From Paraspadella gotoi (Eukaryota > Animalia > Chaetognatha): DNA of 64,000 nt. Of this stretch, positions 39,799-53,185 are shown piece after piece. The notes beneath the pieces are model-generated. The model did no database searches. It was given only the letters and a program-made list of their open reading frames with translations, and was not told where the DNA came from. The DNA lies in contig CM119265.1 of assembly GCA_051294375.1 (NCBI GenBank), forward strand, positions 24,484,279 through 24,548,278. Reading direction: 5' to 3'. Numbering within the stretch: the first letter of the stretch is position 1; every line of letters begins with the position of its first letter. The position numbers and the translations under genes were made by a program.

Positions 39799-41787
39799 CT
39801 CCGCTGCCACGAAGATTTGTTGATGGCGTTTTTACCGCAACGCTATGAGTTTAATCAACGTCGAGGAAGATCCCGACAAAATATGTATAAAAATAGAAAA
39901 AAAAACCTTTTGTTCATTTGTTTCCTAGATGTCCTTGCTGTACAAGCCTTAGCGGTGGAATAAACAAAATAGCTAGAGAGAAAATTTTTTTTTCTCAAAC
40001 GATCAAATTTTTTATATTACGTAATTCATTTATAATTTATGTCTAATAAAGACTTTAATAAAGTGGCTGCTTCATAATTACAAGCCGATTACAAGCCGAC
40101 TGGCCGACGAAATTAAAACGATTAAATAGCGAAAATATCTATTCTACCATCCGTTGCAATTTTGTTATTACTATACTAAAATACCGATGAAACAAATATA
40201 AATTCCATAATTAGTTCACATATTTCTATTTATTAAGGAAAATACTACAGAGAAAAAAAAAGTGTCGAAACTTAAAAAACTAACAGTCGCACCAAGATTT
40301 AAAATTCTGGGTAACAAAATTCAATACAACTCTTTTAATTAAACGATCAAGTAATCTTAATTAAATTTAAAATACACATTACACATAATATAAATAGTCT
40401 AGAATTTTATCGATAAAAAATAAAACCTCAAAATAGAAAACTAAAAAAAAAGTTTATTTAAACGAGAGTTTTAATAAATTCTCCAACGAGGGAAAGGGGG
40501 GGGGAATTGAAAAGATTAAATGAGAATAATTAAGCGGTTTTTTTGTTGTTTTTTTTTTTGTTTTAATATCTTCCTTCGCCTTTCGCGGGAAAAAAATATG
40601 TTACCAGTTTTTACTATCATTTTCAAAATTGGTATTTTTAACCCGCGATTTTTTTCTGGATGACTTACTTCCCAGGTGCGTCTTTTACAGGAAGTATAAA
40701 TTACGCATTACGCAAATGGACAGAGAGGAGGCGCCAAAAGATTACAGAAGCCGTTTGTTTACAAAGCAAAACAGAAAAACAAATATGAATGTATTTAAAT
40801 TTGATAAAGAGAGGAAAAAAAATAGAAACACGCAAAACTCATTATTCATACAACTAAGGGAATTCACAACGTAACAGAAGTTACGAATTCAATGGTTACA
40901 ATACAACGAAATATTATTGAAAAAAAAAACAATATCGGGCATCTAATGTTCAAAACCGTTTAGATATGGAGAAAGTACACAGCAAAACCTGTATGCGGCA
41001 ATACGAAACTATGCGCCAGGTCGTGTCTGCGATACTAAAATAATGCAGCAGAGTTTGAGAAGCGAGCCGCTCTTCACGGTTGACACCATATAATTATTTA
41101 ATTATAATTAATCATGATAACACTTAATAGACATTGGGACGAGTCAATCGTTCTTCGCCCGAGTGATCAATATATTTATTAACAAACAAACAATCGTCAA
41201 TGATATTTTTAAAAAAGAGGGATAGATATCGATGAAGAGATAAAGAATCTTTCACGTTTTACGAATTTCACTGATACGACGAATTTCGTTTGTTTTTTTT
41301 TAATTTTTTAAACGAAGCCGAAGTTTTTGTTTTTTTCTGACGAAAGACACGAAACGGTGACGAAAACAAAAAACGAAACAAAAAAAAAGTCGAAAAAAGG
41401 GAATTTTTGGCGAATTTAAGCTGTAAAACAAATGAAGAGGTTTTCCGTGCTCTTGTGTGGACTTGTGTCTGGCCTTAAGCGGTTTTGTTTATTCGAAAAA
41501 AAAAAAGAGAAAAAAAAATTATGAAATACTCAGTTCGTTTGGGAAATGAAATGTATAATTTCGCAAGCTCTACAAAAAGATTGTTGAGATGTACCCTAAA
41601 AACCATTTTCTTTTTTTTTTTTCAATACACGATTCGATTTTTATTCTCCATTTTTTTTTTAAATTTCAACGGGTCAACGGAATTCTGCGGAAAAAGAAAA
41701 AAGTTTAATGCATTAACTCTTATGCATACTAATCAATTATAAATATATTTCTCAAACGCGATGCTACCTTGTTTTTGTTTTTTTTCA

Positions 41788-41880
41788 TCACTCCCGTTTT
41801 CCCATTAGAGGACGCAGTAACTCGATCGGCAGAGGAAAAACGATTGTGGAGTTTTTCTCAGCGGAAATTTGAGACAGAGT
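41788..41880 (-). CDS. mec-2: Stomatin last coding exon [30 protein letters not shown]
   Basis: tttcacag acceptor; conserved [11 protein letters not shown]; TGA TGA stop. Confidence 0.95.
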   Translation of the reverse strand, partial: TLSQISAEKNSTIVFPLPIELLRPLMGKRE

Positions 41881-44800
41881 CTGTGAAAAAACAAGAATAA
41901 TGTTTAATATCTAATTAGTATTTTTAAGCTCGTGTCGCGAAAATGTTTTCTTTATCTCCAGAAGACAATATCATATTATAAAATATAGGTTCAGGTTAAT
42001 ATAGTAAAACAAGCAGTAAACTTGTAATTTACATACAAGATTAATATAAAAATTTGTTGAGATTGTCGTTAATTTGAACATTTCTGTAAAATTTTTATTT
42101 TGTTACGGTTGTCTCTCGGTTGTTTGATGCCTTTTTATTATTGAATTCTTATTTTTTGCCGTTAAGATGTTTTTTAAAAGTAGCTCGCTGATTGGTTAGT
42201 CCGTATAACTGTTCCTTACCCAAACGTATAAAAGAGACGTGCTTACCTATGAGGATAAGTTAACAACGATTCGTGACAATCGGTAAGCATTTAAAAAGTT
42301 TCATTTTTTGTAATTTTACGGTTAAATTTAAAGTTTACTGTTTTAATAAGTTCCTTTTTTTTTGTATGTTTAATATTAGTCGCCCTTCGACCTGCTTCAC
42401 GTCTCACGCTCATGTAATGTCGGGCTCACCAGTGTGAACAAGGCGCTAAGAGGGCTGAAGGTGACTATCCGCAACTACTTTAACCACCTCTAGCACCCAT
42501 GGAACGGGTCCTGGGCTTGGAACCAGGCTTGAAGGGTTTTTCCACGCCCCCAAGGCGGCTTACGGCCGTCTCAAACTTCCCGCAGGAAGGTACCGGTTTG
42601 GGATTGAACCCGGTACCTAGTGGTCATGGCTTGACTCAATGAGCCACCGGGTCACGACTGAAGTGTCAATGCTTTTAGGCGGGGTGAACTTATGCTATGC
42701 CCGACTACATCCATATACTTCAATACAAATTGTAAAATTTACAACTTCGAATTTGTATAATTATAAATGAAAAGCAAGTCAGATTACATGGCGTTACCTA
42801 GTAAAATCCTCAATAAATTATTTTTTTTTAAATTACACTTTAGCCGTTCTTTAATGTCGCATCGATCAATTAAGAATAAAAAGAATAATTTCAACTTTAA
42901 CTAAAAGAATAAAAAAAAAACGATAAAAAAAAAGGAAACAAAAGATTTTACCTGCAGATAGCGAAGCTGTAGCGCCGAGGGGGATTCGCTAATGACCTCT
43001 GCTGCCTCCTTGAGAGCGCGCGACGCTTTCTGCTCTCCCTCGGCGGCGATGACCTGAGAAAAAAAGAGCATCGAAATTAAAAGGAATAACAAAAGAAAAG
43101 GAAGAGAAATAAGGTTAAAAATAAAGAAACAGAATAAAACCAATTACAAGTTATATAAATTAAATAAAAGGTGTAAAAAAAAGAATATAAAAAAATAATA
43201 GAAATAAGTTATACTCAGAGGCATTAAAAAAATAAAAGGAAAAAAAAGAAAAGGTTTGTTTTAAGTAGGCTATACACAGTATACAATAAGGCGTAGTAAA
43301 ATTTAACTTTAATTACAATTCTAAAGTGAGGAACGAACAACATTATACTAATGAACATTTATGTAATAAAAAAAATTTTAATAAATTTTACAATTTACGC
43401 AGTAGGCCATATTATACAGTTTTTTCTAAGATTTTTTTGCAGATTTGGATTCGTCATAAAAAGTTGATAAAAAGAAATATAACTCTTTTTAAAAAATTTC
43501 TTCATTAAGTGGGTCAAAAATTAGAAAAAGCTATATTTTAAGCTGAAAATTAACTTTTATATATTAAATATAGTTTTTTAAATTTTTAACCCACTTAATG
43601 AAAGAATTTTTAAAAATGATTTCTAATTTCTTTTATCAACTTTTGACGAGAATTCAAATCTGCAATCAAAATTAAGAAAAGTCTATTTTGAAATTTTTTG
43701 ATTTTATAAGGATAGTACTATATATAAATATAGCCTACTGCGAAAATTAAAAAACATAAAATTAATTTTTTTTACAAATTAATGTTCCAATGATGGTATA
43801 TTGTTCATAATTGACTTTTAGAATTTTTGTATCTAACTTTCACTACGCCTTACTATACAATAGCGAAAATTAATGGACGATGTAAGAAAGAAATATACAA
43901 AAAAGTATAAAAATGCTCTAAAAAGATAAAGAAAGCGAGAAAGAAAAAAAAACAACAAAAATATTAACTATAGCCTATATTCCTCTCATATATGAATTTA
44001 TTAAAAAAATAAATTTACAATACATCATATACTATAATATATATTTAATACATAATATTTACAATATCATGTAAGAAAAAGCGAGACGAAGTGCCAAAAA
44101 TGGATAAACAATAAAGACTCACCTTTGCCCTGGCCTCACGAGTGGCCTCCGCCTCTGCGGCCATGGCCCGCTGCAGCTGAACAGGGAGTCGAACGTCCTT
44201 GACTTCGACTCGTTCGACCTTGACGCCCCACGGGTCAGTCGCTTGATCTAAACTAAGCTGCGAGATAGAGAGAGAGACGATTAATATTTTTATATTCAGT
44301 TTTAAATAATTTTTTATATATTGGTAGTATCAATTTACTATCCTTTCGCCGAGTATTATATAGTAGTATTTTTCGAACTAATACTTCAGGGAGTGATTCT
44401 TTTATACAATTGAAACAGTTTATACAAACATTATACTACTTCAATGATAAAGGAAATAAGCCATCTGAGAGTGAATAAACTGAACTATGATAAAAGTTAA
44501 AGGGTGTTGTAGCTTGGCCCAAGTCATGGACAAGATACCTTGTTTATTAAAGGAATGAATAACTTTTATATTCATTTTGTAAGAAGCAGAAAGCCAACAA
44601 TAGGTACCACCGTTCCTACCTGCATGCTGTGACAGATGTTGTCTCTGTCCGAAAGAATCTCAGCCAAGTTTTTAGTCCCAAGGACGTTTCTGAAAATTAA
44701 AAAAAACAAACGAGATGTATTGAAAAATAACTTATTGAGAGAAAAAGCAAAGAAAAAAGCGATCAAAAGGAATTCATAAAGATCGAAGCAACGAATTAGC

Positions 44801-45263
44801 TTGAAGTTTCATCAAAGCCTACAGCCGAGTTGCTGCAGATGAAGCATCTCGACGTGATCCTTTGAGCATCATGAGGCTTTGATTCAGCGCCGATCGCCTT
44901 TCCCGCATTTCGCCCTCCCCACCCGATCGCCTTTCCATCCTCCCCCCCATTCGCCTCCCCCCTACCCTTCAGTCCCCCCCCCCAAAACCCTTCCCACCCC
45001 CCTCCTCCCACCTGAGCGTGGTGGCGGCGAGGAGGCGCGTGGATCGAGCGGCGTCCTCCACGTTGGTGACGCTCATCGTCGCGTTGGAGATTCTGTAGTA
45101 GACGACTGCGTCGACGGCGACGGTGACCGAGTCTTTGGAGAGGATCTGGAGATTTTCAGCGGGGTGGGTTGAGGGTGGACCGGGGTGGTGGTGGAAAGAA
45201 GGGTGGTTTTATTTGGCTTATTTGATGCAATAATATACAATCTTTGAGCAACAAAATATTCAG

Positions 45264-45308
<45 letters not shown>

Positions 45309-45560
45309 ACAAAAAAAGTAAAGGTGCATTACAACATAATTTTCACTAAAATGTCTATAAAGCGATTGACTTCAAAGCTAAGGCTCAAGCTCTTTGACTA
45401 AGGGAAGCAATAAATATGTTCGAGATAGCACATTGCAGAGACTGGATATCCATACTTTCTCAATTCAAAAGCGAATTGAACATCCATCAAACGTTTCAGG
45501 TCTAACTATAAAATTTGTTTTGATGATAAAAGCGCAGAGTAGTCAATTTGATTTATTTTA

Positions 45561-45611
<51 letters not shown>

Positions 45612-46865
45612 TTGACTTTGAGAAAAGTAATAAAGGGCTACTTCTGTTTTACCTCCTGCGGAGGAACGTCGAAAGTGACGGTCCTCAGGTCAACCTTCAT
45701 GTAATTGTCCAGACAGGGCAGGATGAAGAAGATCCCAGGTCCTGTGAGGGAGGGAGGGAGGAGGAGGAGGAAGAGGACGAGGAAGAGAAGAAGAAAACGA
45801 AATTCATCAATCTCAATTTCTTAAGTAAATAAAAAAAGCTTAAAGATTAATGTAGATTTTAAAAGTGCGCGTGTTGGAAATAAAAAAAAATTAAAAACCA
45901 AAATATATCAAAGCGAGCGAAATGGCTTTCCGCTATAAAAAATGCCAGACATAAAAGCTTTCATAAATAATTTTTAGCGCGTATAATAATTTAATATATT
46001 TCGATATTAATATTCGATTCTGACTTACCTTTTGCGCCGCCACTCATGAGGCGACCAAGGCGAAAGATCACCGCGCGTTCATACTCTTGCACAACCTGAA
46101 AGATAAATAAAATAGATACTGACAATATTTTGAAAAAGGGCCTCCAGCTTAACGCCCTGCTCCTTCCTCGGTCCGCCTATCGCGATGGTTCCACTTAGCC
46201 AGACAAACGCCTCACTTTACGCTCGATTTCTCAGGCGCCTCACCCGTCCCTTACCTTGATGCAGAAGCAAAGCGAAAGCGGGAAAGTAGCGAGAACCATG
46301 ATGTAAGAGACGATTGTGAGGATCCAACCGCAGAACCCGATGTTTCCGTCATCGTCTGGAAAACAAAGGAACAGGGAGGAAATTTATTGTTTTCTTTTTT
46401 GTTTGTTTTTCTGTTGTTTTTTATTGTATTTGTTTATTTTTATCGTGAATTAGTTTTAAAACAACATCAAAAAAGATGTTAGGTCGTTCGAAGCAGAAAA
46501 TCAGCAAATATCATTGACAATTTTTTTACCAATTTTTCATTTTTATTTCAAAATAAATCACGATCAATCTCAGTTATTGTATAACAATAAAATATGCAGC
46601 TTTAACAACTTCATTAAATTTCTATTCGTGTTGTAAACAAAAGACATTATGCGTTTGCAATATTTTTGGTAATCTCTCGATTCTTTACCGACTGATTGAT
46701 GGCATAACCAATCAGGGACAATCACTCAAATCGTCTTCGATTTCGGAGACAAAAAAAAAACCCTGAAATTATTGAGACTTTCGTCCTGGATTTATGACCC
46801 GGACGTGTCATTTTCCGACGGCGGGTTGGAACCCTTTACACTCTCTCTCTCTCTCTCTCTCTCCT

Positions 46866-46901
<36 letters not shown>

Positions 46902-48104
46902 CTTCTCTCTCTCTTCTTCTTCTCTCTCTCTCTCTATCATGACAATACGTCTCCCCAAGGACTCTGGTTTCGACCCGAGCGAAGCATCGGAAGGGATGTA
47001 AGTGGGATTTACTTAGCGGATGGGGTATGTAACTTGGGAGGCGATATCAGAGTCGAAAAATTATTTAGTTGCGCGGGAAAACGAATGATATTAAAATTGG
47101 AGGATTTTTATTAATGACATAGTATACACATAATTATAACGCAGACAAACAGTTAGGAAAACAGCGAGATATCCCCAGACAAACAGGAAGCACGACAGAC
47201 AGACGAAGGGGTCGACAGATTGACAAACAGACAGACAAACATTCGGACAGACTGACGCTGCGTCTCACAGTTAATCTCTAAAACGATTGTATCCTAGGAT
47301 AGTTGTAACGCCCTTCAGACTTCGCCTTGGAGTAAGATTTCAAAGATTAAAGCGGATCTCATTGCGTGAGGAGACCAGAGAGCGACTGAGAAAAGAAAAA
47401 AAAAGAAAAGAAAAAAGGAAAAGGAAAAAAAGGGAAAAATGGAGGGAAAAAAAAGAAAAGAAAAAAGGAAAAGGAAAAAAAGGGAAAAATGGAGGGAAAA
47501 AAAAGTGAAAAAAAATGGAATAACCGATTTTTAGTTGCGAAACAACTCTATAAGTCTCTTTCGGTCGGTCTGCCGGTCTGTCAGTCGGTATGTCTGTGCG
47601 TCCGTTTGTCCCACTTGCATTAAAAATGGATAGAATTCGCCTATAGCTGGTTGCTCATTTGTTAAGACAGAAAAAATCTCAAATCTAAGGGAATCCTAAA
47701 ACTATAAGGAATAAAAGACAGATTTCGATGCAGTGCATGTCATAAATACAAGGGCTAAAAAAGTTTTTATATCATGGCATGTGATATCATATAATGCGAT
47801 CAAATGGAAATACACGTGAAAATAATAATAATAAATAATAAAGTCATTGAGGCGCAAAACATTCGAATCACCGTTCTTGTTTTTTTTAATAATCGGATTT
47901 CAAGTTGAAGAGAAAAACTAAAAGACCTGTAGAATAAATAAGAGAAAAAAAAACAATGAAAAAAAGTAAGGAGAAAATCATAAGAAAAAATTTTTAAAAA
48001 GTAACTTTGTTGAGTTAAAAGAAAGAAAGAAAAGATGAAAAAATAAGAATTAATTGAAATTGGATTCCAGGCGAGAGAGAGAGAAGATTGTGAGAGAGAG
48101 GGGG

Positions 48105-48168
<64 letters not shown>

Positions 48169-50624
48169 GTCGCTTCAATACTTGAACAATTAAAAAAGTG
48201 GATCCATTTTAAATGAGTGAAATAGGAAAAAAAATTAGAATGAGAAAGGACGAGCGAACAGAATGAAAGGAACGAAAAAAAAGGGGATTAAGAGAAAGAA
48301 AAGAAAGGAAAAGATAAATAGTGAGGAAAAAGGAAAGATGAAAAGTGAGGAAAAAAGGAAAGATGAAAAAGTGAGGAAAAAAGGAAAAAAAAAAGGAGAT
48401 AAAGCAAAGAAAAGGGAAAGATAAAAAGTAAAAAAAAAGGAAAGATGAAAAGTGAGGAAAACAGGAAAAATAAAAAGGAGATAAAGGAAAGAAAAGGGAA
48501 ATGTAAAAAGTGAGGAAAAAGGAAAGATAAAAAGTGAGGAAAAAAGGAAAAATAAAAAAGGAGATAAAGGAAAGAATAGGGAAATATAAAAGTGAGGAAA
48601 AAAGGAAAGATAAAAAATGGGAAAACAAGATCGGTCCATCCATGTCTTTGCGCCGCAGTATTTTCTTTTCACGTGTATTTCCCTGTGATCAATGACTACA
48701 GTCTATATGACAATGAAATTTATGTATAACAAACATCTTATGGTTCATCACTACTGTGCAAAGATTAATTTCAAACAACCAGACTTTACACAAAATATGC
48801 CACATATACTTTGTAGTTGTAGTTTTGCGTGGTCTCAAAGACTACACAAGTATAAAACACATGTACAAGAAGCATTTAATAATGTCTTAACAGTCTGCCA
48901 TGTATTAAAGAAAATAACTTTCTTAGCCAGTGTATTTTGACATGGACTGTATTAGAATTTTGAAGAGACAGTAATTATTGAAAGTGTAATGACAGAACCG
49001 TTCAAGTATAAGCAGTCCCTGAGCTTCGATCAGCTGTATACACCAGCGCCCCGTCCCTCTTAACTGCCAGACGACCACCGGGCTAGAACCCCGGACCCTT
49101 TGGGTTGGGAGGGCGAATGACTTGCCTCCGGCACCAATGGCCGCTGATGAATGGTTGGTGGATTTTAGTCCACCATACATCCCCCCCTCCCCGTAGGGAG
49201 AAGTCTGTTGGCGTCTCTTCAGTGAATGTGTTTGTTTGGTGGAAAGTTCGTCACCAAGTTGAGGCATGTCGCCTGATGTGTTGTGGGCGGAAAGTGCATC
49301 GCCAGGTTGAGGCATGTCGCTGAAAGTGTTGTTGTTAGTGTTCGGAAGTCGGCTCACCAATGAAGAGACAGTAATTATTGATAAGTGTTAATGACAGAAC
49401 CGTTCAATATAAGCAGTCCCTGAGCTTCGGTCAGGACTGAACACCATGTTACAGGCGGGTTAAGCGCCCCGTCCCTCTTAACTGCCAGATGACCACCGGG
49501 CTAGAACCGCCGACCTTTGGTTGGAGGCGAATGACTTGCCTCCGGCACAATGGCCGCTGATGAATGGTTGGTGGATTTTAGTCCACCATAATTTCTTTTT
49601 TTATTATTTTAGTTTTAGGAATTCCTAAAGGCGGCGCTAGCAGTCACTAAGATTTGAATTTTTTTTTTTGTCTTAACAAATGAGTTATGAGCATTTTTAA
49701 CGTAAGTGGGACAATGACGAACAGACATACCGACCGACCGACCGAAAAGTGACTTATAGAGTTGCTCCGCGAGTACTCGCGGCGCAACTGAAAAAAAAAG
49801 GAAAGAGGAATATAAAAGAATTGAAAATCCCCGAAGCCCAGAAAGGAGAAAAACCATTAACGATGAAAAATGTCCGAATTGCAAAAGATCAAACGCCATC
49901 AAGGATGCAAGGATAATCGTTTGCAGTTTCAGTGGAATTTCTTTTCGCAGTCACGTCGTTGGAACGAGGCGGAAAAAATTGGCGGGAAAATGAACCTTGG
50001 ACTGGAAGGATTTTTTTTTTAATGTTTTATAGTTCAGTAATTCTTTTTCTCCTCGTCGTCATCAACCGAAATTTTAGCTAGTATTTATATACTTATATAC
50101 TTATACTTATACTTATAAACTTAGCTAGTATTTATATACTTTATAAATAACTTTCGGTCGGTCTGTCTATCGGCATTAGCTACGTTTATAATTCTTGTAG
50201 CGTTGGTAAATCTGCATACGTTTAGAAGGATACTTAGCAGTAATGAGATGTAACATAAGTTGCATAATTTGCATTTAATTCATAATATTTGAGCAGCAAT
50301 AGTCTAAAAATGTGTGCAATTAAGAAAGACACAGCTGCGCAATTTGCTATTTCTAGTATTCTTTTGTTGATTCTCTTTCATTTTCGGATTTTCATTTTCT
50401 TTTGTTCTTTTTCTCTTTATTTCCGTTACACTTTAATTCCTGCTTTGTTTCTCTCATCTCTTTTTCCTTTTTTTTCTTTAATCTAATGTTTTTCTTTTGT
50501 TTTTCAAAGTATTTCTGGAATATAAATAACTTTTTTAAAAGATTCATATCAGCAGTTTTTTTTTTTGTTCCTTGGTCATTCGTCGGAAACAATGTGAATA
50601 ATACGCAGAGAGAGAGAGAGAGAG

Positions 50625-50661
<37 letters not shown>

Positions 50662-50819
50662 TATATATAGTGGGCAGAGAAGCTTGGTATGAAACCACAC
50701 TAATTTCACAACTTAGGGATTNNNNNNNNNNNNNNNNNNNNNNNNNGCAGTTTTTTTTGTTCCTTGGTCATTCGTCGGAAACAATGTGAATAATACGCAG
50801 AGAGAGAGAGAGAGATGAG

Positions 50820-50857
<38 letters not shown>

Positions 50858-53121
50858 TATATAGTGGGCAGAGAAGCTTGCGTATGAAACCGACACTAAT
50901 TTCACAACTTGAGGGATTTTTGAAAAAAAACAAAAAAAACATTAGATTAAAAGAAAAAAAAGGAAAAAAGAGATGAGAGAAACAAAGCAGGAATTAAAGT
51001 GTAACGGAAATACAAGAGGAAAAAGAACAAAAGAAAATGAAAATCCGAAAATGAAGAGAATCAACAAAAGATACTAGAAATAGCAAATTTGGCAGCTCTG
51101 TGTCTTTCTTAATTGCACACATTTTTAGAACTATTGACTTTGCTCAAATATTATGAATTAAAATGCAAATTATGCAACTTATGTTACATCTCATTACTGC
51201 TAAGTATCCTTCTAAACGTATGCAGATTTACCAACGCTACAAGAATTATAAACTAGTAATGCCGATAGACAAGACGACCGAAAGTATTTATAAAGTATAT
51301 AAATACTAGCTAAGTTTATAAGTATAAGTATAAGTATATAAGTATTATAAATACAGCTTAAAATTTCTGGTTGATGACGACGAGGAGAAAAAGAATTACT
51401 GAACTATAAAACATTAAAAAAAAAAATCCTTCCAGTCCCAAGGTTCATTTTCCCGCCAATTTTTTCCGCCTCGTTCCAACGACGTTGACTGCGAAAAGAA
51501 ATTCACTGAAACTGCAAACGATTATCTTGGCATTCCTTGATGGCGTTTGATCTTTTGCAATTCGGACATTTTTCATCGTAAATGGTTTTTTCTCCTTTTC
51601 TGGCTTCGGGATTTTCATTCTTTTATATTCCTTCTTTTCCTTTTTTTTTCAGTTGCGCAGCGAGTTACTCGCGAGCAAACTCTATAAGTCACTTTTCGGT
51701 CGGTCGGTCGGTATGTCGTTCGTCATTGTCCCACTTACGTTAAAAAATGCTCATAATCATTTGTTAAGACAGAAAAAAAACCAAACTCAAATCTAGTGAC
51801 TGCTAAGCGCCGCCTTAGGAATTCCTATAAACTAAAATAAATAAAGAAAAAATATATGGTTGACTAATCGCACCAACCATTACAGCTGGGCAGAAAGTTC
51901 ATTCGTCACATGGTTTACGAGTAGTCATCTGGCAGTAGGGACGGGTAACCGCCTGTAAAGGTGTAGTCTGATCGAGCGGGACTGCTTAATCCTGAGGTTC
52001 TGCTTCGAGCTATCAACTCTCTCATTTGGCCGCTCCGAACAACACAACCTTTCAGCGACATGCTAAGCTGCGATGCCTCCGCCAATGGACATCCTCAATT
52101 GGTACGAACGTACAACCAAAATTCATGAAGAGTACGCAACAGACGTTTCTATCGGAGAGAGGGGGTCCGAGTGACTAAATCGCACCAACATGTACAGAGC
52201 ATGGTACGCGGAGAAGTTCGCAAGCCCAAGTGAATTGGAATACGAGCCCGTGTGTCTGGCAGAGACGAGGAAGGGGACGAAGAAGATGTCAGTGAGTCGA
52301 AGCCTCGGACTGCTTCATCATGCACGTTCTGATATATCTGCTAAATTCATACATCAGTCACAACACTGGTTAAGAAATTATTTTTAAACATAGCGTTAGC
52401 TATTATGCTCTTACATGTGTTTTATACTTGTGTAGTTTGAGACCACGCAAAACTATGTCACTAAAAGTATATGCGGCATATTTCTGTGTAATAGTCTGGT
52501 TGTTTGAAAATTAAACTTTGCAGCAGTAGTGATGAAACCATAAGATGTTTTTATACATAAATTTCATGTCATATAGACTGTAGTCATTGATCACAAGAAA
52601 ATACACGTGAAAAAAATTACTGGGCGGCGCAAGACATGGATGGACCGGATCTTGTTTTTCCCATTTTTTATCTTTCCTTTTTTCCTCACTTTTTATTTTC
52701 CCTTATTCTTTCTTTTATCTCCTTTCTTATTTTTTCCTTTTTTCCTCACTTTTATCTTTCCTTTTTCCTCACTTTTTATTTCCCCTTTTCTTTCCTTTAT
52801 CTCCTTTTATTTTTCCTGTTTTCCTCACTTTTCATCTTTCCTTTTTTTTACTTTTTATCTTCCTTTCTTATGCCTTTATTCCTTTTTATTTCCTTTTTCC
52901 TCACTTTTTCATCTTTCCTTTTTTCTCACTTTTCATCTTCCTTTTTTCTCACTTTTTATCTTTTCCTTTCTTTTCTTTCCTTTATCCCCCTTTTTTTCTC
53001 TTCCTTTCATTCTGTTCGCTCGTCCTTCTCATTCTAATTTTTTTTTTCCTATTTCACTTCATTTAAAATGGATCCACTTTTTTAATTGTTCAAGTTATTG
53101 AAAAGCGCACCCGCCCCCTCT

Positions 53122-53185
<64 letters not shown>

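Noticed and set aside
49071-49144. Functional tRNA gene
   Set aside because: Anticodon arm does not pair properly, no T-run terminator follows, and it is embedded in both LTRs of a TRIM.
48923-49360. 145-aa minus-strand ORF in the TRIM
   Set aside because: Runs from the PBS through the 3' LTR into flanking DNA with no gag/pol motifs; a chance ORF.
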